Shown one piece after another: positions 12,314-26,300 of a stretch of 64,000 bases of DNA; the first letter of the stretch is position 1; each line of letters begins with the position of its first letter. The notes under the pieces are model-generated. The model saw only the letters and a list, made by a program, of their open reading frames with translations, did no database searches and was not told the origin of the DNA. Position numbers and translations under genes: made by a program. Source of the stretch: Octopus sinensis (taxonomy: Eukaryota); NCBI RefSeq assembly GCF_006345805.1, contig NC_043005.1, forward strand, positions 70,928,001-70,992,000. The letters are read 5' to 3'.

Positions 12314-15300
12314 TATAGCTTGGAGCCACGTGTTCCCAGATGCGATAACACGTGTTCTGCGTAACTTATCAAGTCTGACAACTTCCGACAGTGTACAAAA
12401 GCGTGCTGGACGGTTTCATCGTCCAACTCGCACCTTGGACACGTCGGTGGCACTGGAATTCCGTGCCGCGATAACTTCTTGCGAACAGGTAGAGCATTCC
12501 TATAGCACTGCCAGGCCAGGGATCTTTGGAAATTATCCAAGTACCCCGTCCTGAAAGTCTTTTTAAACAGGTTGGTAAGCTGGTCTTCGTCAAACCCCAG
12601 AGCCCCTCCTAGGACGTCGTCGTTCTTTGCCTCTACCAGCCTTCTATAAAATACCGAGGTGGTATTTCCGCAGCCGGCCTTGCCCGCCTTGTGGATCAGC
12701 GTGAATGCCTGTCGGCACTCCCTTTGCCATAAAGTCAGTTTCCATCTTTTGATGCGACCGGGTTTAAAATCCGTTAAGGAGGCCAGTCTCGGGAAAAATT
12801 TCCCTGCCAGCGGACTCCACACCTTATCACCCTCCAGGTGGTGCCAGAGATGCTTCAGCCTCAACGCATGTCTGCGCATCATCAACCAAGGCATTCCTAA
12901 CCCACCCTTTAACGGTTCCTGGCAGCAAACGGAGCGCCTCACAAGTGGCTTTCTTCCCTTCCACAAAAAGCGGAAAAGGATTCGCTCCAACTTGTTAAGC
13001 CATGAACCGGGGCAAGGGACAACGGTCAGGCGGTAAGTGATTACAGATGCAATGAACATCTGTACCACCTCCGCCCTTCCTTTCAAGGACAGAGACCTTC
13101 CGGACCAGGTCCGTACTATGGCCTCCACCTTGCTCGTCACCTCACTCCAGTTCCTCTCCGTTTGGGAGTCTGGCCCAAACCAGACTCCTAGCAACTTAAC
13201 AGGGCCATCCGTCCAGTGTCCCACGACGCTGGACGATATCGACTTGCTCCTCCAGGTGCCGAGGCGCAAGCCAACCGACTTGTCCTTGTTAACCTTTGCT
13301 CCTGCCACCGCCTCGTATCCTCTGATAGCCTCTTCCACACAAGGTAGCTGGGCCTCATTGGACACGATGAGGGTGACGTCATCCGCATAAGCAGTAACCG
13401 TCCTCCCACCTCCGATCTCATCCGAGTTGCTTCCCAGCCTCTCCAACTTTCGCAGCAATGGCTCAAGAGCCAACACGTACAAAAGTGGTGACAAGGGGCA
13501 CCCTTGACGAACTGAACATTCAATCGAAAACGGTTCCGTTAGGTAACCGTTTATCTGGACGGTGGACTTGATGCCGCTATACATAGCGGAGATCCACCCG
13601 CGAAATTCAGGGCCCAGTCCAGCCGCTTCGAGGACCGTCGCCAGGTACTCATGGTCTACCCTATCGAACGCTTTACTTTGGTCTAAATGGACCATTACCC
13701 CGCCCTTGCCGGTTAATTTACCCACCCTGTCTAAGGTGTAGCGTATTAGGTGAAGATTGTCCTGGATCGACCTGCCTGGAATTGCACATGTCTGTGCTCT
13801 CCCTACAAGTTTCTCTACGACAACCGTCAACCTTTTTGCCAACACCTTGGCCAAAATCTTTAACTCTACATTAAGTAGGGTTATGGGCCTGTAGTTACTA
13901 ATGTTATCCCCCTTGCTCGGGTCTTTCTGGATTAGCGTCACCACTCCCCGGCTTACAGAGCTGGGAATTCTCCCATTCTGCTGCCAGTTCGTGTAGACGC
14001 CTGCCAATATTCCCCCGAACAAGTCCGGCATACTTTGGTAAAACTCGTAGGGCAGACCATCCAACCCCGGCGCATCCGGCCAGTATCCCCTCTATCTCCG
14101 CGGGAGTGATCGCTTCTTCACAGCACTCCACCTCACGCCCCGAGAGCCGCGGTCCGCCGGCCAGGAAGTCCTTTAAGGTCCTCCCCCGCTCCGGCGTCAC
14201 ACCACCCCCGAACACGGGCGAAATGCTGGTGAAGAAACTTTTGCATCTCCTCCTGTCCATAGATCTTTTGTCCCTGTTCGTCAGTTAAAGATTTGATTGA
14301 GGCTTTGTTGCCTCTCTGACTCTCCACTCGACGGGCCCATCCGGCAACGTTAATACCTTCTCGTTTCCCAGCGCGTAGCTTAGCTCTGACTCTGCAACCT
14401 TCGTGTTTGGAGTTAAGGTGACGGTACAATACCGTCCTTGCCGCCAACACTCCGGATGCAGAGCCAGCTTCCATTGCCTCGTTTAGATTCTTAACTAGAT
14501 CGTCCTCTATCCTAGACCTATCTAACCTTAGCTGATTGCTAAATCTGATGGACTCTGAACGAATGGCTCTTTTGAGGGAGTGCCACCATCTATTGTTAAT
14601 GATGGTGCCACACAATGCCCTCTGTACTAACACCTTAATCCGGGTACGGAAGTCTTCACAATTCAAAATAGCCTTGTTCAGCTTCCAGTACCCGGGTCCC
14701 TGTCTATGACACTTGTCCAATTGCATCCCACACGTCACAAATTTGTGATCCGTGTAAGGCACAATGTGGAACTGTGGACAACTAAACGTGTCCTTATCTC
14801 TTTTCTTAATAAATATCCTATCTAAATACGATCTGCGTGAGCCGTCGTTGTTACTCCACGTCCACTGTGGAACGCTCGGCTCATCCAGTCGGTAACGGTC
14901 TACTAGATCAAAGCTCTCTAGTAGACCCTTGAGGCTAGGGTTCCCCTTCCTATTGGTTGAGCCAACACTGTCGACCCGCGCTTCAAGGACAGTGTTAAAG
15001 TCCCCTACTAGGATTACCGTTTTCGACGTCGCTAAAAAGGGCTCCAGGTTCCGAAAAAAACCCGCCTGTCTACTCTCGTTCGGAGCGTAGACAGCTACCA
15101 ACCTGAAGGACTGTTTACTTACGTGGGTCACATCCAGAACAACCAGCCTGCCTTCTGGGTCCAGAAAGACAGTACTTACCTGCAAGTCCAAGCTCTTCCT
15201 GATAAGGACTGCCACGCCTCTGCCTCTTCCTCGGCTAGGAGAAATAAATTTCTCGAACCCATTTAGAAGAGGCGAGAACGCTTGGGCCCCGTTCATCTTG

Positions 15301-16075
15301 GACTCGGTTGCAATAGCTATGTCTACTCCATGTGTCGTGAGGTCGTGCAGGAAGCAAATTTGCTTCCATTTCGACCCCATTCCACGTACATTTATACAAC
15401 CCAGCTTAGCCATTGTAGGTGAGAGAGAAAAATAAATGAACTCACGGTTGGGAAAGGGAGCATGACAGTTTAAATCTGCCCGCTTCCCCTTCTTCCTCCC
15501 TTGTAGTCGTAGCTGCAGGGCTCTTGACCGGCGTTGCCACCGGGCTCTGGGTGGGTGTGGTTGCCGGGGTTATCACAAGTTTGCCCTCCATTACTTCTTT
15601 AGTCACATCTCTAATCAGTCTGTTCTTTAGATGCTCTTGAAGAACTTCTTCCTTCCACTCGTCTTCCTTTATTTTCGCGAAGCGAGTGGTTGCTTTTATG
15701 TCTGTAGCCTTACTATATAACTTAAATTTTGAAAATTTATAGTATTTATATACTCTTTCGTTTTTTTCATCGAAAGCAATGATCTTATCATTTTTTTTTA
15801 AGGACTTTTTCACATCTTGTTTTATGGGGAGGGGCTTGGCAAACTGTTTCCCAATGAAAACAGTGCCATGGGGGTAGGGCTGGGGGATTTGCTTGGTGTG
15901 TATGTCTGCTGTGCTTGCTGATTTTTTTTGTTTGGGGAGGGGAGTCCGGGGTGTTGTCTTTTTTTCTTTTATGTGTGACTTGAGTGTAGTCCATTTGTTC
16001 GGTACAATCCGTTTCTGTTTCAATACTTGTCTTCGTCTTGTTATTATCCTTTTCTGTCTTCTCCCCTTCAGTGTT

Positions 16076-19000
16076 TATCTCTTTATTACGATTATAGAAA
16101 ATCAATACATAGAAGGGACGAATACAGGACATACATACAAAAACATTTAAGAGATTCGATTAAAAGTTTCGTTTGGATTCGTTATAAAGTAATAGTTTTT
16201 GCATAACTAGTATAACAAACACTTGTAGATGACTTTTGTGGTTTTACTGGAGCTTTTACACCCCGGCAATTGATGAGGCCCTGCAGCTTCCACTTCCTCT
16301 CTCTCCTCCATGGTCAAGCTGGGTTTCTCACACCCACCTTTCTTTCCACTTCCTTCCATCTTTTCTCATACACTCCCCGCGGCAAGGTCCTCCTCTCCAG
16401 TCCCATCTTGCTTCTCAGATGATATCTGAAGTAGGTGAGCAAGCCGGGCCCGTAGATAAAGGACCCTGTCGCGGCTCCTTCCATTCTCGTTCTCCACATG
16501 CATTCCTTTACCACTGCAACCGTGCAGTGAAAACATGCCTCACCTTCCTTCGAGAGTCCAGTTGGCGGTATCATCTTAATCATAGACTCAGCCGACAGCT
16601 GTACTCGTCCCAGATGCGATAACACGTGTTCTGCGTAACTTATCAAGTCGTTCAACTTCCGACAGTGAACAAAAGCGTGCTGAACGGTTTCATCGTCCGA
16701 CCCGCATCTTGGACATGTCGGTGGCACTGGAACTCCGTGCCGCGATAACTTCTCGCGAACAGGTAAAGCATTCCTGTAGCACTGCCAGGCCAGGGATCTT
16801 TGGAAATTATCCAAATACCCCGACCTGAACGTTTTCTTAAACAGATTGGCAAGCTGGTCTTCATCAAACCCCAGAGCCCCTCCTAGGACGTCATCGTTTT
16901 TACCTTCTACCAGCCCTCTATAAAATACCGAGGTGGTATTTCCGCAGCCGGCCTTGCCCGTCCTGTGGATCAGCGTGAGTGCCTGTCGGCACTCCTTTTG
17001 CCATGGAGTTAGATTCCATCTTCTGATGTAACCGGGTTTAAAATTAACTAAGGAGGCCGGTCTCGGGAAAAATCCCTCTGCCAGCGGACTCCACACCTTA
17101 TCACCTTCCAGGTGGTGCCAGAGATGTCTTAGTCTCAACGCATGTCTGCGCATCATCAACCAAGGCATCCCTAACCCACCCTTTAACGGTTCCTGACAGC
17201 AAACGGAGCGCCTCACAAGTGGCTTTCTTCCCTTCCACAAAAAGCGGAAAAGGATTCGCTCCAACTTGTTAAGCCATGAACCGGGGCAAGGGACAACGGT
17301 CAGGCGGTAAGTGATTACAGATGCAATGAACATCTGTACCACCTCCGCCCTTCCTTTCAAGGACAGAGACCTTCCGGACCAGGTCCGTACTATGGCCTCC
17401 ACCTTGCTCGTCACCTCACTCCAGTTCCTCTCCGTTTGGGAGTCTGGCCCAAACCAGACTCCTAGCAACTTAACAGGGCCATCCGTCCAGTGTCCCACGA
17501 CGCTGGACGATATCGACTTGCTCCTCCAGGTGCCGAGGCGCAAGCCAACCGACTTGTCCTTGTTAACCTTTGCTCCTGCCACCGCCTCGTATCCTCTGAT
17601 AGCCTCTTCCACACAAGGTAGCTGGGCCTCATTGGACACGATGAGGGTGACGTCATCCGCATAAGCAGTAACCGTCCTCCCACCTCCGATCTCATCCGAG
17701 TTGCTTCCCAGCCTCTCCAACTTTCGCAGCAATGGCTCAAGAGCCAACACGTACAAAGTGGTGACAAGGGGCACCCTTGACGAACTGAACATTCAATCGA
17801 AAACGGTTCCGTTAGGTAACCGTTTATCTGGACGGTGGACTTGATGCCGCTATACATAGCGGAGATCCACCCGCGAAATTCAGGGCCCAGTCCAGCCGCT
17901 TCGAGGACCGTCGCCAGGTACTCATGGTCTACCCTATCGAACGCTTTACTTTGGTCTAAATGGACCATTACCCCGCCCTTGCCGGTTAATTTACCCACCC
18001 TGTCTAAGGTGTAGCGTATTAGGTGAAGATTGTCCTGGATCGACCTGCCTGGAATTGCACATGTCTGTGCTCTCCCTACAAGTTTCTCTACGACAACCGT
18101 CAACCTTTTTGCCAACACCTTGGCCAAAATCTTTAACTCTACATTAAGTAGGGTTATGGGCCTGTAGTTACTAATGTTATCCCCCTTGCTCGGGTCTTTC
18201 TGGATTAGCGTCACCACTCCCCGGCTTACAGAGCTGGGAATTCTCCCATTCTGCTGCCAGTTCGTGTAGACGCCTGCCAATATTCCCCCGAACAAGTCCG
18301 GCATACTTTGGTAAAACTCGTAGGGCAGACCATCCAACCCCGGCGCATCCGGCCAGTATCCCCTCTATCTCCGCGGGAGTGATCGCTTCTTCACAGCACT
18401 CCACCTCACGCCCCGAGAGCCGCGGTCCGCCGGCCAGGAAGTCCTTTAAGGTCCTCCCCCGCTCCGGCGTCACACCACCCCCGAACACGGGCGAAATGCT
18501 GGTGAAGAAACTTTTGCATCTCCTCCTGTCCATAGATCTTTTGTCCCTGTTCGTCAGTTAAAGATTTGATTGAGGCTTTGTTGCCTCTCTGACTCTCCAC
18601 TCGACGGGCCCATCCGGCAACGTTAATACCTTCTCGTTTCCCAGCGCGTAGCTTAGCTCTGACTCTGCAACCTTCGTGTTTGGAGTTAAGGTGACGGTAC
18701 AATACCGTCCTTGCCGCCAACACTCCGGATGCAGAGCCAGCTTCCATTGCCTCGTTTAGATTCTTAACTAGATCGTCCTCTATCCTAGACCTATCTAACC
18801 TTAGCTGATTGCTAAATCTGATGGACTCTGAACGAATGGCTCTTTTGAGGGAGTGCCACCATCTATTGTTAATGATGGTGCCACACAATGCCCTCTGTAC
18901 TAACACCTTAATCCGGGTACGGAAGTCTTCACAATTCAAAATAGCCTTGTTCAGCTTCCAGTACCCGGGTCCCTGTCTATGACACTTGTCCAATTGCATC

Positions 19001-21354
19001 CCACACGTCACAAATTTGTGATCCGTGTAAGGCACAATGTGGAACTGTGGACAACTAAACGTGTCCTTATCTCTTTTCTTAATAAATATCCTATCTAAAT
19101 ACGATCTGCGTGAGCCGTCGTTGTTACTCCACGTCCACTGTGGAACGCTCGGCTCATCCAGTCGGTAACGGTCTACTAGATCAAAGCTCTCTAGTAGACC
19201 CTTGAGGCTAGGGTTCCCCTTCCTATTGGTTGAGCCAACACTGTCGACCCGCGCTTCAAGGACAGTGTTAAAGTCCCCTACTAGGATTACCGTTTTCGAC
19301 GTCGCTAAAAAGGGCTCCAGGTTCCGAAAAAAACCCGCCTGTCTACTCTCGTTCGGAGCGTAGACAGCTACCAACCTGAAGGACTGTTTACTTACGTGGG
19401 TCACATCCAGAACAACCAGCCTGCCTTCTGGGTCCAGAAAGACAGTACTTACCTGCAAGTCCAAGCTCTTCCTGATAAGGACTGCCACGCCTCTGCCTCT
19501 TCCTCGGCTAGGAGAAATAAATTTCTCGAACCCATTTAGAAGAGGCGAGAACGCTTGGGCCCCGTTCATCTTGGACTCGGTTGCAATAGCTATGTCTACT
19601 CCATGTGTCGTGAGGTCGTGCAGGAAGCAAATTTGCTTCCATTTCGACCCCATTCCACGTACATTTATACAACCCAGCTTAGCCATTGTAGGTGAGAGAG
19701 AAAAATAAATGAACTCACGGTTGGGAAAGGGAGCATGACAGTTTAAATCTGCCCGCTTCCCCTTCTTCCTCCCTTGTAGTCGTAGCTGCAGGGCTCTTGA
19801 CCGGCGTTGCCACCGGGCTCTGGGTGGGTGTGGTTGCCGGGGTTATCACAAGTTTGCCCTCCATTACTTCTTTAGTCACATCTCTAATCAGTCTGTTCTT
19901 TAGATGCTCTTGAAGAACTTCTTCCTTCCACTCGTCTTCCTTTATTTTCGCGAAGCGAGTGGTTGCTTTTATGTCTGTAGCCTTACTATATAACTTAAAT
20001 TTTGAAAATTTATAGTATTTATATACTCTTTCGTTTTTTTCATCGAAAGCAATGATCTTATCATTTTTTTTTAAGGACTTTTTCACATCTTGTTTTATGG
20101 GGAGGGGCTTGGCAAACTGTTTCCCAATGAAAACAGTGCCATGGGGGTAGGGCTGGGGGATTTGCTTGGTGTGTATGTCTGCTGTGCTTGCTGATTTTTT
20201 TTGTTTGGGGAGGGGAGTCCGGGGTGTTGTCTTTTTTTCTTTTATGTGTGACTTGAGTGTAGTCCATTTGTTCGGTACAATCCGTTTCTGTTTCAATACT
20301 TGTCTTCGTCTTGTTATTATCCTTTTCTGTCTTCTCCCCTTCAGTGTTGGGAACACTTTGAGGAGGAGCTTCATTTGTTTTCTTCTTTTTTATGCAGTTC
20401 GAGCGGACGTGACCCTTCTCTCCACACTTAAAACATCTGGGTCTACGTCCCTCCACTGATACTCTCATTGATGTTCCGTCTTCGTTGAATATCCTATCGG
20501 GTAGGTTCTCCAATATTTTGTTTTCCGCCTGCACGAGGAGTTCCAGCGTCTGTCCCTTCCAGCGTACCTCCTCTTTCTTTCTCATCTGCAGAATCGAGAT
20601 TTCCCGCTCAATATTGTGCAGGACCGCCGCTGCTACCCACATTATCTCATACCCTCTCGGTATGTCCTCAACCAGCAGTTTCGCTGTTCGTTTTCCCATG
20701 TACGAGGGTAGCAGCATGATGTCATCGTTTTTCAGGGTCAACGATGATACCTCTCTAGCTACCTCAGCTGAGTCAAAATGTGCCTCAACAGTAGCACTAC
20801 GCGCACCTCGGACGACATGGCGAATTTTGTCCCACACCGGGGACAGGCACTTTTCGACCATTTCATTTCTTACGTCCATGATTTTCTTGTCTTTGTAGCT
20901 ATACACTTCATATATGACTGTTTTCTCCTTTATTTCTTGTACCTTTGCCTGCGGCGGTACAAGCCTGATTTCGCCTCCTTCCACCTTCACCAGGTTCCTA
21001 AATTCGAACTGTTGTTCGATCTTGAACTCAACGTCCATCATGGCACCGCCCACCGCGGCCGAAAAAGACTGTTTTGGTACTTCTGTTTCCTTTATTTCAC
21101 TTGTTCCCATCACGGGAAAATCATCCTTCGACGTCAAGTCGAAATCCATTTCAAAAATTACCTCGAAGGTAATAACAATACAGGTAATAACAATACAGAA
21201 TTTTCTGCCCCGTAGGGCGAAAATTACCGTTATACAACGGGCACTGTTCAATAACAATCAACACAAACAACAATAAGCAAAAATACGAACTCTCTCAACT
21301 AAAGGCAGCTAATTCCTCAGAACGCAGATGAAAAGTAGCTAGAGAATAGAATCG
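16076..21354 (-). mobile_element. Tx1/L1-clade element A2, full length, frameshifted
   Basis: ORF1 21257 to 19715 (CFKCGEKGHVRSNC), ORF2 19686 to 16314 in three frames, 3' UTR ending TAATAAAGA. Confidence 0.95.
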
Positions 21355-23365
21355 AGATAGTGGCACATTTTAAGACATTCGTTTAAACCCTTGGAAAAAA
21401 TCAGCACACACTCTGATTTTATTATTCTTTTCTTAGTGTACACGGTTGGTGATACCCATTGACTATATTCCACTTTTTCTAGTTTCTCTAATTCTAAGTT
21501 CACCTGTTTTAATGCTGCGAACGATACAGTTTGTTTTTGTTTAGATACTGTTATGGTATTTTCTTTTATTTGAAAGTGCGCTTTCGTTTTGGTACACAGA
21601 CCTAATTTATCAGACATATTTAGGTAAAATATTTAAAATTGTTTTTTTTTTTCAATTCGTAAGATGACTTATTTGTAGTGGATGGAAAACTATTCACATT
21701 CCTACAGAAAAGATTTATGAGGTCCCATAAGTTAAATAATTCCATCCAGTCAGTTCCAAATAAATTTGTAATATTGTTGAACACAACAACTTTGATATTC
21801 TAGATTTTTCCACGAAATGTAACATCACTTATTTTTCACGAAATGTATTGTTACTTATCAATTCGCCCTTAAAATATAATTCTTTTCCTGAAACACCATG
21901 AGCAATTTTCGAAGTTTCCTTTTTTCCATGTATCTGTATTAATTATTGAGTTGTCGCTGCCTGTATCCAATGGTAACTTTGCATTTGTGTTATTAATTTT
22001 TACATGCACAAATTTTCTTTAGGGCTCGTTTGTATTTTTTGTCACCAATAATCCGTTTACATGACTTTTTTTCTGTTAAACCATCTTTTAGGTTTTGTCC
22101 TACAGTACGACTTTTTATGGCCCATTTCACCACACATGAAATATTTTATATTTTTAAGCGGACAGTGACTTTCAAAATGTAGACCACCACACTCATAACA
22201 TGGATTCGGTCTTGACGTCTTTTTCTCTTTTGTCTTATTCGATATTGGTTGACAAACTTCAACATGAAAGCAATAATTTTCTTCAGTTTCTTTTGCATCG
22301 TGTCTTAGATTAATAATCCTCTGGCATTCTTCTGCTACTGTTTGCAGAGATAAATTTTGATCCTGTTCTAATTCTGTTAATATCAAGGAAATTATGACTG
22401 CATCTTTGCCGTAAGACCTTGAACAAAAATTAAATACTTGAACATGTCCGGGGTCAGCTCATTCAATTTGAATTTCTCACACTCTTTGTTAACCACTCCA
22501 GTATAGATGACGAAATCTTCATTATGTTTTTGACCAAATTCAAACATTGCCAACGAGTATTGAACAGGGAACTTCTTTCACTGAAAATTTTCTGACATAT
22601 TGTTTCATCGAAACAAATCTCTCCTGGCTTCTTCGGTAGAATATAGTTACTATATTTTTCGTGTTCGGCAGGGGATTACTTTCTTAAAAGTAGTCGTACT
22701 TTTTCTCGTAGCACCAACTTTTACTCTCTTGTTTGAAGATTTTTCGTATCTACAAAAATAGGCAACGAAGGTAATCCCTTCTGGATTATAACTGATTCAT
22801 TTCTTCTGGATTATAGCTGAATTCTTCAACTGAGTTTGCTATGCTGTCTGGTGAGTACAAACCTCATTAATACAAGCAACAGCTGGTTTTGTTGTTGTTG
22901 CTGTTGTAGTTGTTACTGTAACTGCTGTTGTTATTTTTAAGCAACAAGACGGGTGATTAGGTGATGGTCTAGGGATTAGGGCGGGAGGCCCCAGACCTTG
23001 GGGGGGAAAAACTTTGGTCGTTTTGTTGTAGTCGAGGACTCTTCGTTGACACCCGACACCACTGTGAGGTGGCCCTCGAAGTCACTGGAAATGGAGATCT
23101 CCAGGTCCAAATTCTTGAACGGCTGCTGTTGCAACAGCACCACGGAGACCAAAAGTCACCATGCTAAATGAGTTTTTCTTTGGTCTCGTTCCAAAAAGAA
23201 AAATTATACGTCCAACACAAGCTTCGAACAACTCACCACCACTTTCATATCCTTGCATGTTGGATGTATAATATAGTGAAGGTGGGGGGAAAGAAAGTAT
23301 TTACACGACGCACTACTATTAATATTACACAAAACTCAATGCTCTGACACGGCTCACAGTGAATT

Positions 23366-26300
23366 AATTCTTTATTACCCACTAGGGGCGACACAGTAAA
23401 CATACAATCACGAATGATGAAACAATTATGAACTTTTGGGGTCAGTTAAAAATCGGAATGAACAATAAAAATCGAATGATTACACAAAGACAAATTTACA
23501 AAATTACAAAATGCAGTGGGGCGGGTCCGCGACCCCATGCTCCCCGCCACGACACTTAGCCTTGTGATTTCTTTTGCGTCCTATCTCGCATTTGTGAGGG
23601 ACCTTTTACTCGCCACATTTTTCCATCTTTCATCAAACACTTTCTTACTCGGGCTCCTTCTCTCCAGTTCTATATGTCTTTTCAGGTGAAATTTAAAATA
23701 TTCCACCAGACCTGAACCAGAGATGAAGTCGCCTGTTATTATCCCTTTCATCTTTGTCTTCCATACTGCCTGTTTCGCAGTTGAAACCACAGAGAGAAAA
23801 CAGTTCTTACCTTCTTTCGTTAAGAAATCAGGTGAGCTGATTTTTACAATGGATTCGGCTGATAGCTGTACTCTTCCTCCACTTGACATCAGTTGTTCGG
23901 CAAAAACCCACATGTCTGCCACCCCCGGGCACTGTACGATCGCGTGCGAGACGGTTTCCCTATCTCGCCCACATCTCGCACAGGTCGGGCTGACTGAGGC
24001 TCCTTCCCTTGCAAGTTTGTCTCGAACAGGTAAGGCTCCTCGGTAACATGCCAAGCCAAAGACTTCTGGAAATTATCCAGTGCCTTCGGCCCCGAATGTA
24101 CGTCGGAACAGACTGGCCAGCTGATTATCGTCGAAACCTAGGGTTTCCCCTAGCGTATCATCGTTGCCGGCCTCTACCAACCCTCTATAAAACACAGCGG
24201 TAGTAGACACACTGCCGCAGGCATTGCCCGAGCGACGGAATAGTCGGAGTGCCTTACGACACTCCGTGTACCATGTACACAACTTCGATCTACGATTGTA
24301 CCAGTCTTCCCGTTCACCGAAACTGGTGAACCTGGGAAACATCTGCTTCGCCAGCGGAGACCACACCCGTTCACTACCCAGATGGAGTCACAGGTGCCTT
24401 AGCCTCAGCGCATCTCTGCGCTTCATTAGCCACGGCATCCCTAGTCCACCCTTTAACGGTTTTTGACAACAAACAGAGCGTCTCACAAGTGGTTTCGAGC
24501 CCTTCCACAAGAAGCGAAAGAGCTGTCTTTCCAACCTGGTCAACCACGAATCGGGCAAGGCAAGACGGTAAGTGATCACCGATGCGATAAACACATTGGC
24601 TACCTCCGCCCTACCTTTCAGGGATAGCCACCGCCAGGACCAGGTCCTGACTTCTGCGGCCACCCTGCTCGATACCTCGCTCCAGTTCTTCTCTAAAAAC
24701 CAGACCCCGAGTAACTTAATCGGGCCCTCCGTCCAACGTCCCACGACGCTGTCTGGAGGCATCGACTTGCCTCTCCAGGTGTCGAGTTGCAAGCCGATGA
24801 CTTTTCGCGATTAACTTTTGCTTCTGTCACCGTCTCGTACACCTCTATGGCCTTGCCTACTTTACGTAGGAGATCCATTTCGGTCACGATGATAGTGATG
24901 TCATCCGCGTACGCCGAAAACCGACATTCCACGACCTGGCTGCCTCGGGATGCCACTCAGTTTTCGCAGCAGCGGCTCCAGAGCCACTACATACAAAAGC
25001 GGGGAGAGCGGACATCCCTGACGGACCAAGCGTTTGACCTTGAACGGCTTAGAAAGAAAGCCGTTCACCCAAACTACCGAGTCGACGTTGTCGTACATTT
25101 CTATGATCCACCTGAGGAAGCCAAGACCAGGCCGAGCTGCGCCAGAACGGACACCAGGTAATGATGGTCGACCCTATCGAAGGCTTTTGACTGGTCTAAA
25201 TGGACCACTGCCCTCCCTTGCCGGGATCTTTATCCATTCCCTCTATCGTGTATCTGATCAGATGGAGATTATCCTGAATGGTTCTGCCCGGTACGGCGCA
25301 CGTCTGCGCTTTCCGATCAGTCCATTCGCGACACGCGCCAATCTGTTCGGTAACACTTTGGCCAGAATCTTCAACTCTGCGTTATGCAGAGATATGGGCC
25401 TAAAATGATCAATGACGTCCCCCTTGCTCTGGTCTTTCCTGATTAGTGTCACAACTCCCCGGCGCACAGATTTGGGTATAAACCCATTCTGCTGCCAGTT
25501 TGCGTAGACGTTCGTCAGTAAGTCCCCGAACAAGTCCGGCATACTTTTATAAAGCTCGTAGGGCAGACCATCCAGTCCGGTACCTTACCCGCACCGCAGT
25601 CTGCCATGGCCTCTATTACCTCCTCAGGCGTGATCGGCTTCTCACTACACTCCGCGTCCCGCCCGAGAGGCGCGGCAGACCGTCGAGGAGGTCCGTGAGG
25701 TCCCTCCTACTATCCCCCCCCTCAAAGAGCTGGGCGAAGTGGTCCTGAAAAGCTTGACACATCTCCTCGGGCTCGTCTGTCAACTTACCCTATTGGTTCG
25801 TCAGAGGTCGAATTGTGGCATTGTTGCCACGTTGGGTTTCCACCACTCAGGCCCATCTCGCGGCATTAATTCCTTCGCTCCCCGTTGTACGTTGTCTCGC
25901 CCTGACAATGCAACCCATGTGTTTGGCTTCGAGGTGCTGGTTTAAAACCAGTCTCTTGGCCTTCACCTGAGCCGCGTTGCCAGTTCGCATTGCTTCCTCT
26001 AAGTCCTTAATTAAAGTAGTTTCTTTTCTAGCCTCTCTAGCTACAAGATCTGTACTATACCTAATGGACTCATATTTTATGGCTCGCTTGAGGGCATACC
26101 ACCACTTTGTTTATAATGGAGCCGGTCATGGCCTTCTGAATCATTAACCTAATCCTTTCACTGTACTCCTTAATCGCCAAAAGGGACGTATTAAGTTTCC
26201 AGTAACCAGGACCTCTATTTATCTTATCTACGTCTAGCCTACAGGTGACCATCTTGTGGTCACTGTAGCTGACTATGTGGAGTTGTGGACTCTTAACTAG

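Larger units (their letters stand above)
9024..16075 (-). mobile_element. Tx1/L1-clade element A1 (ORF2 plus ORF1 C-terminal part; interrupted at 9591-12333)
   Basis: APE endonuclease (GCINVRG, VAVYAPN, GDFN, SYLDRIF, TDHK) at 14133-15413; RT (QGCPLSP, YADD) and CX2C..H..C at 12277-14064; C-terminal piece at 9276-9587. Confidence 0.95.
7980..23362 (-). mobile_element. Second degenerate Ty3/gypsy element split by a 12.3-kb Tx1 insertion (gypsy parts 7980-9023 and 21355-23362)
   Basis: RNase H at 8084-8476 (IIVASDASECSVGAV), RT at 8719-8997 (LDLSDAYLQI..RLPFG..PYLDELL); the RT frame ECLKMCHY/LLPTPED resumes across the insertion; gag CCHC knuckles at 22057-22386; LTR/PBS end at ~23220-23270 resembles 5245-5300. 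Confidence 0.85.

Noticed and set aside
15400-15445. Mini-intron fusing ORF1 to ORF2 in family A
   Set aside because: The only nearby AG (ATGGCTAAG) gives a ~40-nt intron with a weak acceptor and an out-of-frame join.
21290-21354. Hammerhead or HDV ribozymes at Tx1 5' ends
   Set aside because: CTGAGGA is present in the A leader but has no matching GAAA or stems; no convincing fold was found by eye, and a covariance search was not possible.
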